Source of the DNA: a bacterium
Lineage (GTDB): Bacteria > Patescibacteriota > CPR2 > UBA1875 > JAJYID01
DNA: 64,000 nt
Assembly (NCBI GenBank): GCA_021790235.1
Contig: JAJYID010000002.1
Coordinates: 26,125-90,124 of the forward strand
Direction: 5' to 3'
This document shows positions 17,541 through 26,629 of the stretch, in pieces. Position numbers and translations under genes: made by a program. A model generated the notes under the pieces. It was not told the origin of the DNA. It ran no database searches and saw only the letters and a list, made by a program, of their open reading frames with translations. The first letter of the stretch is position 1; each line of letters starts with the position of its first letter.

Positions 17541-17611
17541 GATATTCCGTTCACATAAATTTCATCCAGTTACAAACTTCATGATTAACTAATTAGGGCA
17601 AAACGACCTCG

Positions 17612-18985
17612 ATGATGCAAAAATCAAATTATCATTTTATCGGAATAGGGGGGATTGGGATGAGCGCGCTGGCTCAAATACTTTTGGAACGAGGATACAA
17701 GGTTAGCGGTTCGGACTTGGTCGAAAACCCTATTACTAAAAATCTGCAGAACATGGGAGCTCGGATTTACTTCGGCCACAACGAAAAAAATATTTCTAAA
17801 GATACAGATTTAGTGATTGTAAGCGCGGCGATTACAGAAAAAAATCCGGAAATAAAAGCCGCAAAAAAACTAGGAATTCCTATCATTACCCGCGGCGAAC
17901 TGCTAGGGAAACTCATGGATGAAAAAGTAGGAATTGCCGTCACAGGCACACATGGTAAAACTACCACTTCAAGCCTGCTGGCAGAAATATTTGAACATGC
18001 AAAACTCGACCCGACTATTGCCATTGGCGGAGAAGTGGGAAATATCGGCGGAAACGCTAAAAGCGGGAAAGGGAAGTACTTTATCGCCGAAACTTGCGAG
18101 TACAAAAGATTTTTTGCTGATATCAGCCCGCACATCGCTATTATTACAAATATCGAGGAAGACCATCTCGACTATTATAAAGACTTGGATGATATCAAGA
18201 GAGCTTTTTCGGATTTTACAAAAAATATAAAAAAAGACGGTTTTCTTCTGGCCTGTTTTGATGATGATAATACGCGAGAAATCGCCGAAGATTTTGATGG
18301 AAAGGTGATTTCCTACGGCATCTCTAAAGAAGGCTTAAATTATCAATCTTGCAATATTAAGGTTGAAGACCATCTGCAAAAGTTCAGTGTCTCAAAAAAC
18401 GGATCGGATCTGGGAGAATTCGAACTAAGAGTACCAGGCATCCACAGTATTTTAAATGCCACAGCGGCCATCGCAGTATCTCTGGAATGCGGCATCAAAC
18501 TTGGGATCATTAAAGAAAGTATTGCAAACTTTAACGGTGCGGTTCGAAGGATGCAAGTCAAAGGAGAGTTTGAAGGAATAACGGTAATCGATGACTATGC
18601 TCATCATCCGACAGAAATAAATGCCACTTTGCAAGCACTCAAAAGTTTTTATCCGAAAAGAAAAATATGGTGTATTTTCCAGCCGCATCAGCACTCAAGA
18701 ACCAGAATGCTCCTGGATAGCTTTGTCAGCTCTCTACACCTGGCAGATGAAATTATTATCCCGAAAATCTATCCGATCCGTGATACGCCGGAAGATATCG
18801 CAAGCGTTTCAGGGGACAACGTAGTGAAACTTCTAAAGATGCAAGGCAAGTCCGCAAAATATATTCCTGACTTTAAAGATACGGTCAAGGAACTCAGAGC
18901 CAATGCTAAAGAAGGTGATATTATCCTTACAATGGGTGCTGGTCCTGTCAATAAAATCGGGGAAATGTATTTGAATATCAAGTAA
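17612..18985 (+). CDS. murC: UDP-N-acetylmuramate--L-alanine ligase
   Basis: Has HFIGIGGIGMSALAQILLERGYKVSGSD and GTHGKTTTSSL (P-loop). 457 aa. Confidence 0.95.
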   Translation: MMQKSNYHFIGIGGIGMSALAQILLERGYKVSGSDLVENPITKNLQNMGARIYFGHNEKNISKDTDLVIVSAAITEKNPEIKAAKKLGIPIITRGELLGKLMDEKVGIAVTGTHGKTTTSSLLAEIFEHAKLDPTIAIGGEVGNIGGNAKSGKGKYFIAETCEYKRFFADISPHIAIITNIEEDHLDYYKDLDDIKRAFSDFTKNIKKDGFLLACFDDDNTREIAEDFDGKVISYGISKEGLNYQSCNIKVEDHLQKFSVSKNGSDLGEFELRVPGIHSILNATAAIAVSLECGIKLGIIKESIANFNGAVRRMQVKGEFEGITVIDDYAHHPTEINATLQALKSFYPKRKIWCIFQPHQHSRTRMLLDSFVSSLHLADEIIIPKIYPIRDTPEDIASVSGDNVVKLLKMQGKSAKYIPDFKDTVKELRANAKEGDIILTMGAGPVNKIGEMYLNIK

Positions 18986-19002
18986 TCCACATTTTATCCA
19001 CA
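18983..19002 (+). promoter_or_regulatory. two tandem DnaA-box motifs
   Basis: TAATCCACA (18983-18991) has one mismatch and TTATCCACA (18994-19002) is a perfect consensus. Their starts are 11 nt apart. Confidence 0.5.
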
Positions 19003-19011
19003 ATAAAGATA

Positions 19012-19038
19012 TTGACATGACTTTTCTTTACCTATAAT
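19012..19038 (+). promoter_or_regulatory. consensus-hexamer promoter between murC and the HD gene
   Basis: TTGACA (19012-19017) and TATAAT (19033-19038), but the spacer is only 15 nt. Confidence 0.4.
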
Positions 19039-19084
19039 ATTTTTATAACGTTCCTTTTTGAGAGGGACAGGAACGACAGAGGTC

Positions 19085-19093
19085 TGTGGATAA
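19085..19093 (-). promoter_or_regulatory. DnaA-box motif, inverted orientation
   Basis: TGTGGATAA is the rc of the perfect consensus TTATCCACA. Confidence 0.5.
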
Positions 19094-19204
19094 ATAATTA
19101 TATATGTGTATCCTTTCAGACAACTGAAAAAATTAACTCTCAATCACCCCCAAACAAAAAACGCTCGTAAGAGTGTTTTTTGTATTTTATGTTATACTTT
19201 TTTT

Positions 19205-20155
19205 ATGGTAATTAAAGATGAGCTTTATGGAGAAGTTGAGGTAAGTAATCCTGTTCTTTTAGAACTCATAGGTTCAGACTCACTGAAAAGACTAAAGGAG
19301 ATTTCTCAATATGGAGTCCCTGACCAATACTACTTTAAGAAAAATTTTAATCGGTTTGATCACAGTATAGGAGTAATGCTGCTTCTAAAATCGTTGGGTG
19401 CTTCTTTGGAAGAACAAGTTGCAGGGCTTCTTCATGATGTAAGTGTCACATCTTTCTCTCATATTGCAGATTGGGTTCTTTCTGAAGGCCATTTGGGTCA
19501 AGAAGATTATCACGATTCAATCCACGAAACTTTTGTTAGTAAAACAGATATACCGGGCATTCTAAAGAAGTATAAATTTTCGACCGAAAGAATACTTGAT
19601 GATAAAAACTTCCTCCTCCTTGAAAATAATTTGCCCTATATCTGCGCCGATAGAGTTGATTACGCTTTAAGAGAGATTTTTTATACTTATGATCCAGAAA
19701 TAGTTAAAGAATGTTTATCAGCACTGACTGTCAATAAAAACATACTTGTTTTTTGTGAACTCTCGGCTGCCGGTTTATTTGCAAATAAGTTTTTAGATCT
19801 CCAAATCACCCACTGGGGATCGGAAGAAGCTGTGAAAAGATATTTTTTCTTCTCAAATGCTCTAAAGAGGGGGATTAAATTAAATATCCTATCTCCCGGC
19901 GATTTCTGGAAAAGTGAAAAAGAAATCTTACAAATCATAGAAACTAACAAAGACCAACAAATTAAAGAAATTTTAAAATCTTTGTCAAATGATGATATGC
20001 CGACAGTGGGAGAGAAAGTATATAAAAAGTTTAGATATGTTGATCCTTTTGTTTCTACGGGTCAAGGTTTAAAAAGAGTGAGCTCATTGGATAAAAAATT
20101 TGCAAAAAGGCTAGAATATGAAAGATCATCTAATCTCAAAGGGATATTAGTATAA
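19205..20155 (+). CDS. HD-domain metal-dependent phosphohydrolase
   Basis: Has FNRFDHSIGV and GLLHDVSVTSFSH. The ATG at 19205 (MVIKDELYGEVEV) is preferred over the GTG at 19106 in the track because the family N-terminus starts there. Confidence 0.75.
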   Translation: MVIKDELYGEVEVSNPVLLELIGSDSLKRLKEISQYGVPDQYYFKKNFNRFDHSIGVMLLLKSLGASLEEQVAGLLHDVSVTSFSHIADWVLSEGHLGQEDYHDSIHETFVSKTDIPGILKKYKFSTERILDDKNFLLLENNLPYICADRVDYALREIFYTYDPEIVKECLSALTVNKNILVFCELSAAGLFANKFLDLQITHWGSEEAVKRYFFFSNALKRGIKLNILSPGDFWKSEKEILQIIETNKDQQIKEILKSLSNDDMPTVGEKVYKKFRYVDPFVSTGQGLKRVSSLDKKFAKRLEYERSSNLKGILV

Positions 20156-20156
20156 A

Positions 20157-20984
20157 TTGGAAAAGATCAGAGACATTCTGCACGAAACATTCATCCCAAG
20201 CAGCCGGAACGACCACCGTCCGCATGCATTTCGGCACTTTATGCTCTCAATATATTCTTTGGCGCTTTTGGCATCGCAGTTCAGCTTCGGTATGATACAG
20301 TTTTCACCGGTTGCCGCAAATCCGACACAAATGCAGAAACAGATATATACAGAAATCAACAGTCAAAGGCACCTTAATGGAGAAGAAAATTTAAAAGAGA
20401 ACATCTTACTCGATAACGCTGCAAAAGCCAAACTAAAAGATATGTTTAGTAAAAACTATTGGGACCATACTTCGCCGTCCGGAGAAAAGGCCTGGGACTT
20501 TATTAACCAAACCGGCTATTCGTATAAAGCGGCCGGAGAAAACCTGGCAAAAGGATTCTTTACAACAGATCCGATGATTAAAGCATGGATGGCCAGCCCA
20601 TCTCATAAGAAAAATATTTTAGATCAAGAATTCACTGAGACCGGTATAGCAGTGGGTAATGGATCCATAAATGGCAGGGAGACAACGATAGCCGTCCAGC
20701 TCTTCGGCGCTCCCGCGCCGGTAATGGCAAGAAATCAGGCACTAGTTGCCGGAGAAAAATCCGATTCTCTAAACTTTGGTCTTTCAAATCCGGCTGCACC
20801 GGGTAGAATACCATTTTTCACTCTATATCTCATAATCTTCACACTTATTATTTTCGACGGGATAATGATCCGAATCAATAAATCTCAAAAGAACAAAAAA
20901 CACATGCTGGCCTTTAGAACATCCCTCGGAATTAATGTTTTAGTATTAGCTGTTTTGTGCCTCAATATAACCCAAATTTGGTAA
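20157..20984 (+). CDS. CAP/SCP (PR-1-like) domain protein with flanking TM segments
   Basis: NYWDHTSPSGEKAWDFI, GENLAKGF and WMASPSHKKNIL are CAP motifs. It uses a TTG start, so the start is uncertain. Confidence 0.7.
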   Translation: MEKIRDILHETFIPSSRNDHRPHAFRHFMLSIYSLALLASQFSFGMIQFSPVAANPTQMQKQIYTEINSQRHLNGEENLKENILLDNAAKAKLKDMFSKNYWDHTSPSGEKAWDFINQTGYSYKAAGENLAKGFFTTDPMIKAWMASPSHKKNILDQEFTETGIAVGNGSINGRETTIAVQLFGAPAPVMARNQALVAGEKSDSLNFGLSNPAAPGRIPFFTLYLIIFTLIIFDGIMIRINKSQKNKKHMLAFRTSLGINVLVLAVLCLNITQIW

Positions 20985-21056
20985 AGCTAATCTTGCCATA
21001 ACAATGAATTTAGAATAAAATAAATCGGTAACTAAATATTTGAAGAAAGGTTTTGC

Positions 21057-21950
21057 ATGTACGATCTTATTATTCTTGGCACGGGTCCGTCCGGGCTGTC
21101 GGCTGCTGTCTATGCGGCCAGATACAAAATGAATTTTTTATGTATAGGCGCGATTCCCGGAGGAACTATCACCCAAGCTCATCAGATAGAAAATTATCCC
21201 GGCATAGAAAGTGTTACCGGCATAGAGCTGGGAAAGAGAATGGAGGAACATGCCAAAAAGCTTGGGGCCGAAATAGTGGCTGATTCCATTAAAAAAATTG
21301 AGAAAAAAGACGACCATTTTATCCTGCACGGAAATAAAGAATACGAAGCTAAGCGAATTCTGCTGGCAATCGGAGCAGAGAGAGCAAAGCTGAAAATCAA
21401 AGGAGAGGAAGAATTCTTAGGCAAAGGAGTCTCATATTGCGCCACTTGCGACGGGCCGTTTTTCAAAGACAAAATCGTATGTGTGGTTGGCGGCGGGAAT
21501 GCGGCTGTCACAAGCGCGCTATACATGGCGGAACTGTCTAAAAAAGTTTATTTAATATATCGAGGTGAAGAACTGAAAGCAGAACCAGCTTGGATTGAAC
21601 AACTTAAAAACCAGAAAAATGCTGAAATTATTTACAATTCTAATGTCACCGAGATACAAGGTAAAGAAAGAGTCGATAAAGTAATTTTAGATACTAACAG
21701 AGAGATAGAACTGGATGGAATATTCATAGAAATCGGATCCACACCAAGTAAAGCTCTAGTTGCAAACCTAGGCCTTAAAACAGATGAGCGCGGTTATATC
21801 AAGGTTGACTCTGAAATGAAAACAGATGCTGAAGGCATCTGGGCAGCCGGAGATGTCGCCTACGATCATTTTAAACTGCGACAAGCGGTTACAGCTGCTG
21901 CAGAGGGTGCTCTGGCCATTTACAGTGCTTATTTAGACACTAAAAAATAA
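21057..21950 (+). CDS. trxB: thioredoxin-disulfide reductase
   Basis: Has YDLIILGTGPSGLSAAVYAAR (FAD), CATCDG (redox disulfide), GGGNAAV (NADPH) and AAGDV. Confidence 0.95.
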   Translation: MYDLIILGTGPSGLSAAVYAARYKMNFLCIGAIPGGTITQAHQIENYPGIESVTGIELGKRMEEHAKKLGAEIVADSIKKIEKKDDHFILHGNKEYEAKRILLAIGAERAKLKIKGEEEFLGKGVSYCATCDGPFFKDKIVCVVGGGNAAVTSALYMAELSKKVYLIYRGEELKAEPAWIEQLKNQKNAEIIYNSNVTEIQGKERVDKVILDTNREIELDGIFIEIGSTPSKALVANLGLKTDERGYIKVDSEMKTDAEGIWAAGDVAYDHFKLRQAVTAAAEGALAIYSAYLDTKK

Positions 21951-22097
21951 AAAAATATTTTACCTACACAATAGGATAAATCATTCAACTAAGTATAGTC
22001 TGTGCTTGTTTTTCCACATTTTGTTCTTGACAAAGCTTTTTCGCTCGTTCAGGATAGCATTAAAGTAAAAAACATTAGTGGAAAGGAGGTGATAATT

Positions 22098-22253
22098 ATG
22101 GCAGATGCAACAATGGGTTACTGTGTAAAATGCAAAGAGAAAAGAGAAATGCAAGATGCACAAGAAGTTACCATGAAAAACGGCCGAAAAGCTATGAAAG
22201 GTAAATGCGGCGTTTGTGGTACAGGAATGTACAAGATTTTGGGTAAAGCTTAG
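22098..22253 (+). CDS. small zinc-ribbon protein (DUF5679-like)
   Basis: AGGAGG precedes the ATG at 22098. MADATMGYCVKCKEKREMQDAQEVTMKNGRKAMKGKCGVCGTGMYKILGKA carries CxxC...CxxC. The longer ORF in the track has no support upstream. Confidence 0.7.
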   Translation: MADATMGYCVKCKEKREMQDAQEVTMKNGRKAMKGKCGVCGTGMYKILGKA

Positions 22254-22380
22254 GCTTAATTTTTTGAGAACTTTAAGAGCCTGCTCAGGGTTTCATATTG
22301 AGTTAGAATATATGGAGCTGTGAACAGGCTCTTAGTTCAGGTATTTTTAAATAGTTTTATTTTTATGTTAAAATACACAT

Positions 22381-23715
22381 ATGAAAAATACAGAAACCAA
22401 AGAATCTTCAACAGAAGATGATAGAGTTAATGAAGTTGATACTGGTAAACAAAAAATTGATGGAACTTTCGAGAATATTATAGCTAAAATAGACGCTAAC
22501 CCCTATATGCAGAAAGAAGATAGTGAAACCCCTCCCCCAATTCAACCAAGTACGATTTTCGATGCCAGAAAAGAACTGAGAGATATTTTAAAAGCATCAG
22601 GTAAAGAAAGGCGAGTACTTCTCAAAGTCTTCAAGGAGAGGCTTGCATATCAGAAAAAAGGCATTGCAAAGATACAGGATAACCTAGTGGATATTGCATA
22701 CAAAAACCCTGATCTTCCAGATGGTTTTCTGATAGAAAAGGCTGAGGAAATGATGGATAAGTATGGCTTCACCGAAGAACAGAGAAGGTATGTGGGTATA
22801 GTGACTAGAAACTTTGAGATAATCAGAGGTTATATCAGCGAAATCAAGGAAGAGTGCCCAGATCCTAAAAGTTTATTTGAACAAATCTTCCACCAAATAC
22901 CTAAAAAAGATATAAGATTGGTAAAAAGTCCTGTATCATTCTACTTTCAACTTAGCACTATTGATTTTTTACAGATTTTTGAGGGTAAAACGGATTTCAA
23001 AACATTACCGGTGGCAGTAACCTCTCAAACTACTTTAGTTACTATGCGCAGAGGTAAAATAAAAGAGATTAATTTGCCATTCATATTAGAAAGAATGGAT
23101 CACCAATATAAAGATAGAGCAAAATTAGCTGGAAAAGACATTAATTGTCATTATGGGGTAATTACTGATAAATCTAACACTAAACTACATGAAGAACAAC
23201 ATGTCATATACAAATTACTGCAAATTGATAAGCTTATAGATCACACTTACTATAAGAACAAGCCAAATTTATTAAAAAATGGCAATACCGAAGTAGATTT
23301 AACAAAAATCAATGACAAAAAATATTTTGAAACCCTTCTTGCGCAAGAAAGACAAAAAGTAGAAGAAAAGGTGAAAAACGAGCTTCTAGCATTCATAAAA
23401 GGAGGCAGTACAACTTTCTTTTATGAACACATACTTATGCAAAATCCATCAGGGTGCTTATATAACTTCGCGTCAGCAAAGCTTACAAATGCCATTATGC
23501 ATTTGCATGAAGGGGAGTTCTCAGAAGCCATGGATAAAAGAATGAACTCTTTTAGAGAGATAAATCACAATATCCGAGAGGCAAGGGTGGCTTTCCAAAA
23601 TCTTTGCCGGGAAGGATATTCTGAGAAACAAGCTATTACTATCCTAACCACCGAGCCGCTCTCAAAGTGGCCAAAGGCCGTAAAAAGATTAAAGGAAGCA
23701 AAACAAACCCTTTGA
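22381..23715 (+). CDS. hypothetical protein (444 aa) with HEEQH motif
   Basis: Long uninterrupted ORF. The only recognisable element is KLHEEQHVIYKLL (HExxH). Confidence 0.5.
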   Translation: MKNTETKESSTEDDRVNEVDTGKQKIDGTFENIIAKIDANPYMQKEDSETPPPIQPSTIFDARKELRDILKASGKERRVLLKVFKERLAYQKKGIAKIQDNLVDIAYKNPDLPDGFLIEKAEEMMDKYGFTEEQRRYVGIVTRNFEIIRGYISEIKEECPDPKSLFEQIFHQIPKKDIRLVKSPVSFYFQLSTIDFLQIFEGKTDFKTLPVAVTSQTTLVTMRRGKIKEINLPFILERMDHQYKDRAKLAGKDINCHYGVITDKSNTKLHEEQHVIYKLLQIDKLIDHTYYKNKPNLLKNGNTEVDLTKINDKKYFETLLAQERQKVEEKVKNELLAFIKGGSTTFFYEHILMQNPSGCLYNFASAKLTNAIMHLHEGEFSEAMDKRMNSFREINHNIREARVAFQNLCREGYSEKQAITILTTEPLSKWPKAVKRLKEAKQTL

Positions 23716-23982
23716 GACATTAAGAACATTCAAAGTTCTTGGGCCGATTCCCAACAGTTCAATCTTTTTATACTAAATATTCAAAACCTTGCCGAGTTTT
23801 TTCAATATTAAACCAACTGTAAAGTAGATCAACTAGTGACTACATTAAAATTCATTATTAATTGAGACCGCGGTGTTTGCGGTGAAAGAATATACAAAAC
23901 TTAAAGCAAATAATATTTGAGGACTTTTTGGGCTCTCATTTTTAAGATAAACAATCCGACATTTCGCCGGGTTGTTTATTTG

Positions 23983-24011
23983 TTGAAGAAAAAGCTAAAT
24001 TTTGCTATAAT
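23983..24011 (+). promoter_or_regulatory. sigma-70-like promoter for tRNA-Glu
   Basis: TTGAAG (23983-23988), a 17-nt spacer, then TATAAT (24006-24011), 10 nt before the tRNA. Confidence 0.6.
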
Positions 24012-24021
24012 TTTCTAGTCT

Positions 24022-24098
24022 GCCGCGTTCGTCTAGTGGCCTAGGATACCTGGTTCTCATCCAGGAGACCACGGGTTCGAATCCCGTACGCGGTACCA
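24022..24098 (+). tRNA. tRNA-Glu(CTC), CCA encoded
   Basis: GCCGCGTTCGTCTAGTGGCCTAGGATACCTGGTTCTCATCCAGGAGACCACGGGTTCGAATCCCGTACGCGGTACCA. The anticodon loop is TTCTCAT. Confidence 0.9.
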
Positions 24099-24101
24099 TA
24101 T

Positions 24102-24128
24102 AAAAATTCCATACGGAATTTTTTTGTT
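24102..24128 (+). terminator. rho-independent terminator after tRNA-Glu
   Basis: AAAAATTCC-ATAC-GGAATTTTT followed by a T run. Confidence 0.75.
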
Positions 24129-24197
24129 TTTCTTAACACCATAATATTTATGCTTTAAATTATTGCTATAAAAACAAAAATAAAGGATGAATAAAAA

Positions 24198-24305
24198 ATG
24201 GTAGATTCAATCTTTAGAGACGAAAATAACCAAGACCAGCAAGTAAATCCGGACCAAATGCCGACAAGTCAAGTTCCTCAGCCTGCAAAAAACATAAGTT
24301 TCTGA
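24198..24305 (+). CDS. possible 35-aa upstream ORF coupled to the next gene
   Basis: MVDSIFRDENNQDQQVNPDQMPTSQVPQPAKNISF. Its TGA overlaps the next ATG (TGATG). It could equally be the detached N-terminus of the downstream membrane protein. Confidence 0.3.
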   Translation: MVDSIFRDENNQDQQVNPDQMPTSQVPQPAKNISF

Positions 24306-24862
24306 TGCCGCTTTTGACAATCTTGGCGGTTATTTTAGTAGCCGGTGGAGTTGGATTTGGTGTCTGGTATTGGCAAAATGGAGAACTAAACAAACAGAGG
24401 TCCAACAATGACACCCGAATTGCTGCGCTACAAAAACAGATTGGCACAAAACCCTCAACAAGTGCACCAAAAGAGCAAACAAATCCTTCAAATGACATTT
24501 GGCTGAAAAAGGTTAAAGAACTAAAGGTTAGAAATATTGCACTAGCAAATAACAATCAAATTGATGTTTTGCAAGACCCATCCAATAGCAATATCTTTTA
24601 CTATACTGAATGGGGAGCCACCGTAGACCAGGGCAAACAAGGACCAAATGCAATTTATAGATTCGATGTATCTAAGGCTAAAAACTTCGCAGAAGACGAT
24701 TATGCATCTTTTTCATTAGCTCAAGGAGATCTCATTTACCAAAGAGATGCAGTTGGGCTTAAACAAAAAAATTCATTATTGAAACTAGTTGGTTTTGATG
24801 GAAGAAAACTTGTTTTCTTTGAAATGAATGCCGGTCGGTTTCACATTGGATGCCCTATTTGA
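24305..24862 (+). CDS. hypothetical membrane-anchored protein
   Basis: N-terminal TM LLTILAVILVAGGVGFGVWYW followed by a soluble domain with no known motif. Confidence 0.5.
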   Translation: MPLLTILAVILVAGGVGFGVWYWQNGELNKQRSNNDTRIAALQKQIGTKPSTSAPKEQTNPSNDIWLKKVKELKVRNIALANNNQIDVLQDPSNSNIFYYTEWGATVDQGKQGPNAIYRFDVSKAKNFAEDDYASFSLAQGDLIYQRDAVGLKQKNSLLKLVGFDGRKLVFFEMNAGRFHIGCPI

Positions 24863-25487
24863 ATACGACTTAACGATTGAAGCAGAAGAAATAATCCCCG
24901 TTGTTCACTTTCTCCTTGGAACAGAAGGAACTAAGAAACCAGATATTAAATACCTTTACGCCCACACTCAGGCATATTCGCAATGCGAAAAATACATCAG
25001 AAAGAATCTGCCAAATGCAGAGGTCCTAGAGACAACCTCAAATGGGGAGTCGGCAAGGCTCGCATCTGCCAAGGGACGGACCCTTGGCAAGCAAGGATAC
25101 GCCGCAATAGCCCCGGAAATTGCTGCAGAAATTTATAATTTAGAAATTTTGCAAAAATCGATTCAGGACAGTAAAGATAATGTCACAAAATTCATTGTAA
25201 TTTCAAAGCACGAGACAAAATTCTCCGGATACGACCGAACCTCGATCACTGTTTATCCACAAACAGATAAGCCCGGACTTTTGTATGAAATTCTTGGTTA
25301 TTTCAAAAGCGAAAACCTAAACTTGTCTAAAGTTGAGTCGCGCCCAAGCAAAGGAAAACTCGGAGATTACATTTTCTACATCGACTTCAATGGCCACACA
25401 AGCGAAAAACCTGCGCAAAATGCTATAAGCGCGCTCGAAAAAGTTGCTTTTGTCAAAACCCTCGGCAGCTACAAGCGGAAATATTAA
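24828..25487 (+). CDS. pheA: prephenate dehydratase, N-terminally truncated (PDT C-terminal part plus ACT domain)
   Basis: TLDALFEYDLTIEAEEIIPVVHFLLG, AHTQAYSQCEKYI and DSKDNVTKFIVIS are followed by an ACT-like TSITVYP...PGLLYEILGYF. About 65 N-terminal residues of a normal PDT domain are missing, and a stop lies immediately upstream in frame. Confidence 0.7.
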   Translation: MPVGFTLDALFEYDLTIEAEEIIPVVHFLLGTEGTKKPDIKYLYAHTQAYSQCEKYIRKNLPNAEVLETTSNGESARLASAKGRTLGKQGYAAIAPEIAAEIYNLEILQKSIQDSKDNVTKFIVISKHETKFSGYDRTSITVYPQTDKPGLLYEILGYFKSENLNLSKVESRPSKGKLGDYIFYIDFNGHTSEKPAQNAISALEKVAFVKTLGSYKRKY

Positions 25488-25525
25488 TTTTGACTAAAGC
25501 GCTTATTTTATAGATAATAGAATCC

Positions 25526-26470
25526 ATGAAGAGAAAGCTTATCATTGGGGGTTTGATTTTGGCCGTTTTTTTTGCACTTTCGATTTTTCTAGGTAACAAG
25601 AGCAACACTGCGGCAGATCAGGAGGGCAAGGCTAATCTAAAAATCGCCGCGCAAAAGGCAGCCAACGAGAAAAAAGAGATAGCTCAGTACAAGAAAAAAT
25701 ATTCTCTAAATGAAGATAACGTTTATTACAATGATTTTATGATCCAAGCCAAAGAGGGAATAGTGGTTGACGCTGAAAATGGCAAAGTGATTTACGAAAA
25801 AGATGCTCATACACCGCTTCCTCCGGCTTCGATTACAAAAATCTTGACCGGTACTATCGCCCTTGAAACTTATAATATGAATCAAAAATTGACTGTATCT
25901 CAGCACGCTGCCGATATGGAAGCCTACAATATGTCAACTCGCGCAGGCGAAAAACTGAAAGTTGAAGACATAATGCACGGACTTTTTATGATCTCGGCAA
26001 ACGATGCCGCAATGATTTTGGCTGAAGGAATTGATGGTAATGAAAAAACGTTCATGAATCTAATGGATGAAAAAATTAGATTGCTTGGCCTCAAAAACAC
26101 AACCTTTAAAAATCCAAGCGGGCTCGATGAAGACGGCCATGTTTCAAGCGCTTATGATATTTCCAAGATTACATATTACGCCTTGAAGGCACATCCGGAA
26201 ATTTTAAAGTATATGGGAGACACTCAACCATATTCAATCGCCAAAACAGATGAAAACGACGCACACTACTGGCCCGGACACGTCTCGCTTACAATGAGAA
26301 CTTATCCGGAAATGCTGGGGGCTAAGACAGGTTTTACCGATAATGCCAGAAATACATTCATCGGTGTGGCTCAGAAAAACGGGCACAAGTTTATATTCGT
26401 CTTCATGGGTTCAGATCGTGGTAATGAAGATGCCCATACTCTCTTAAACTACGGCCTAAGTAAAATATAG
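25526..26470 (+). CDS. D-alanyl-D-alanine carboxypeptidase (peptidase S11)
   Basis: Signal/TM sequence, then PASITKILT (SxxK), ISANDAA (SxN) and KTGFT (KTG). Confidence 0.85.
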   Translation: MKRKLIIGGLILAVFFALSIFLGNKSNTAADQEGKANLKIAAQKAANEKKEIAQYKKKYSLNEDNVYYNDFMIQAKEGIVVDAENGKVIYEKDAHTPLPPASITKILTGTIALETYNMNQKLTVSQHAADMEAYNMSTRAGEKLKVEDIMHGLFMISANDAAMILAEGIDGNEKTFMNLMDEKIRLLGLKNTTFKNPSGLDEDGHVSSAYDISKITYYALKAHPEILKYMGDTQPYSIAKTDENDAHYWPGHVSLTMRTYPEMLGAKTGFTDNARNTFIGVAQKNGHKFIFVFMGSDRGNEDAHTLLNYGLSKI

Positions 26471-26629
26471 AGAAATTTTCAATAGCCTATTGCCATAATG
26501 TAAATTAAAAATTGATAATTGAAAATTAACTGTCGTTTGCCAAAAAACCATCGGCAAGTGTATAATTGTTTATGTAAGTTGAGTTATTATCATTGAGCTT
26601 AAACTGGAGGGTATATAGAGCTTATTAGC

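Noticed and set aside
18983-19093. Interpretation of the DnaA-box cluster as the chromosomal origin
   Set aside because: There are only three boxes and no dnaA or dnaN nearby. Gene orientation does not diverge here, since both flanking genes are on the plus strand. The apparent convergence point lies only 27 kb away. A regulatory role is more likely.
19106-19204. Upstream GTG start for the HD-domain gene as given in the track
   Set aside because: The extra 33 residues are not family-like and overlap the promoter and DnaA-box region. The family-typical N-terminus (MVIKDELYGEVEV) begins at 19205.
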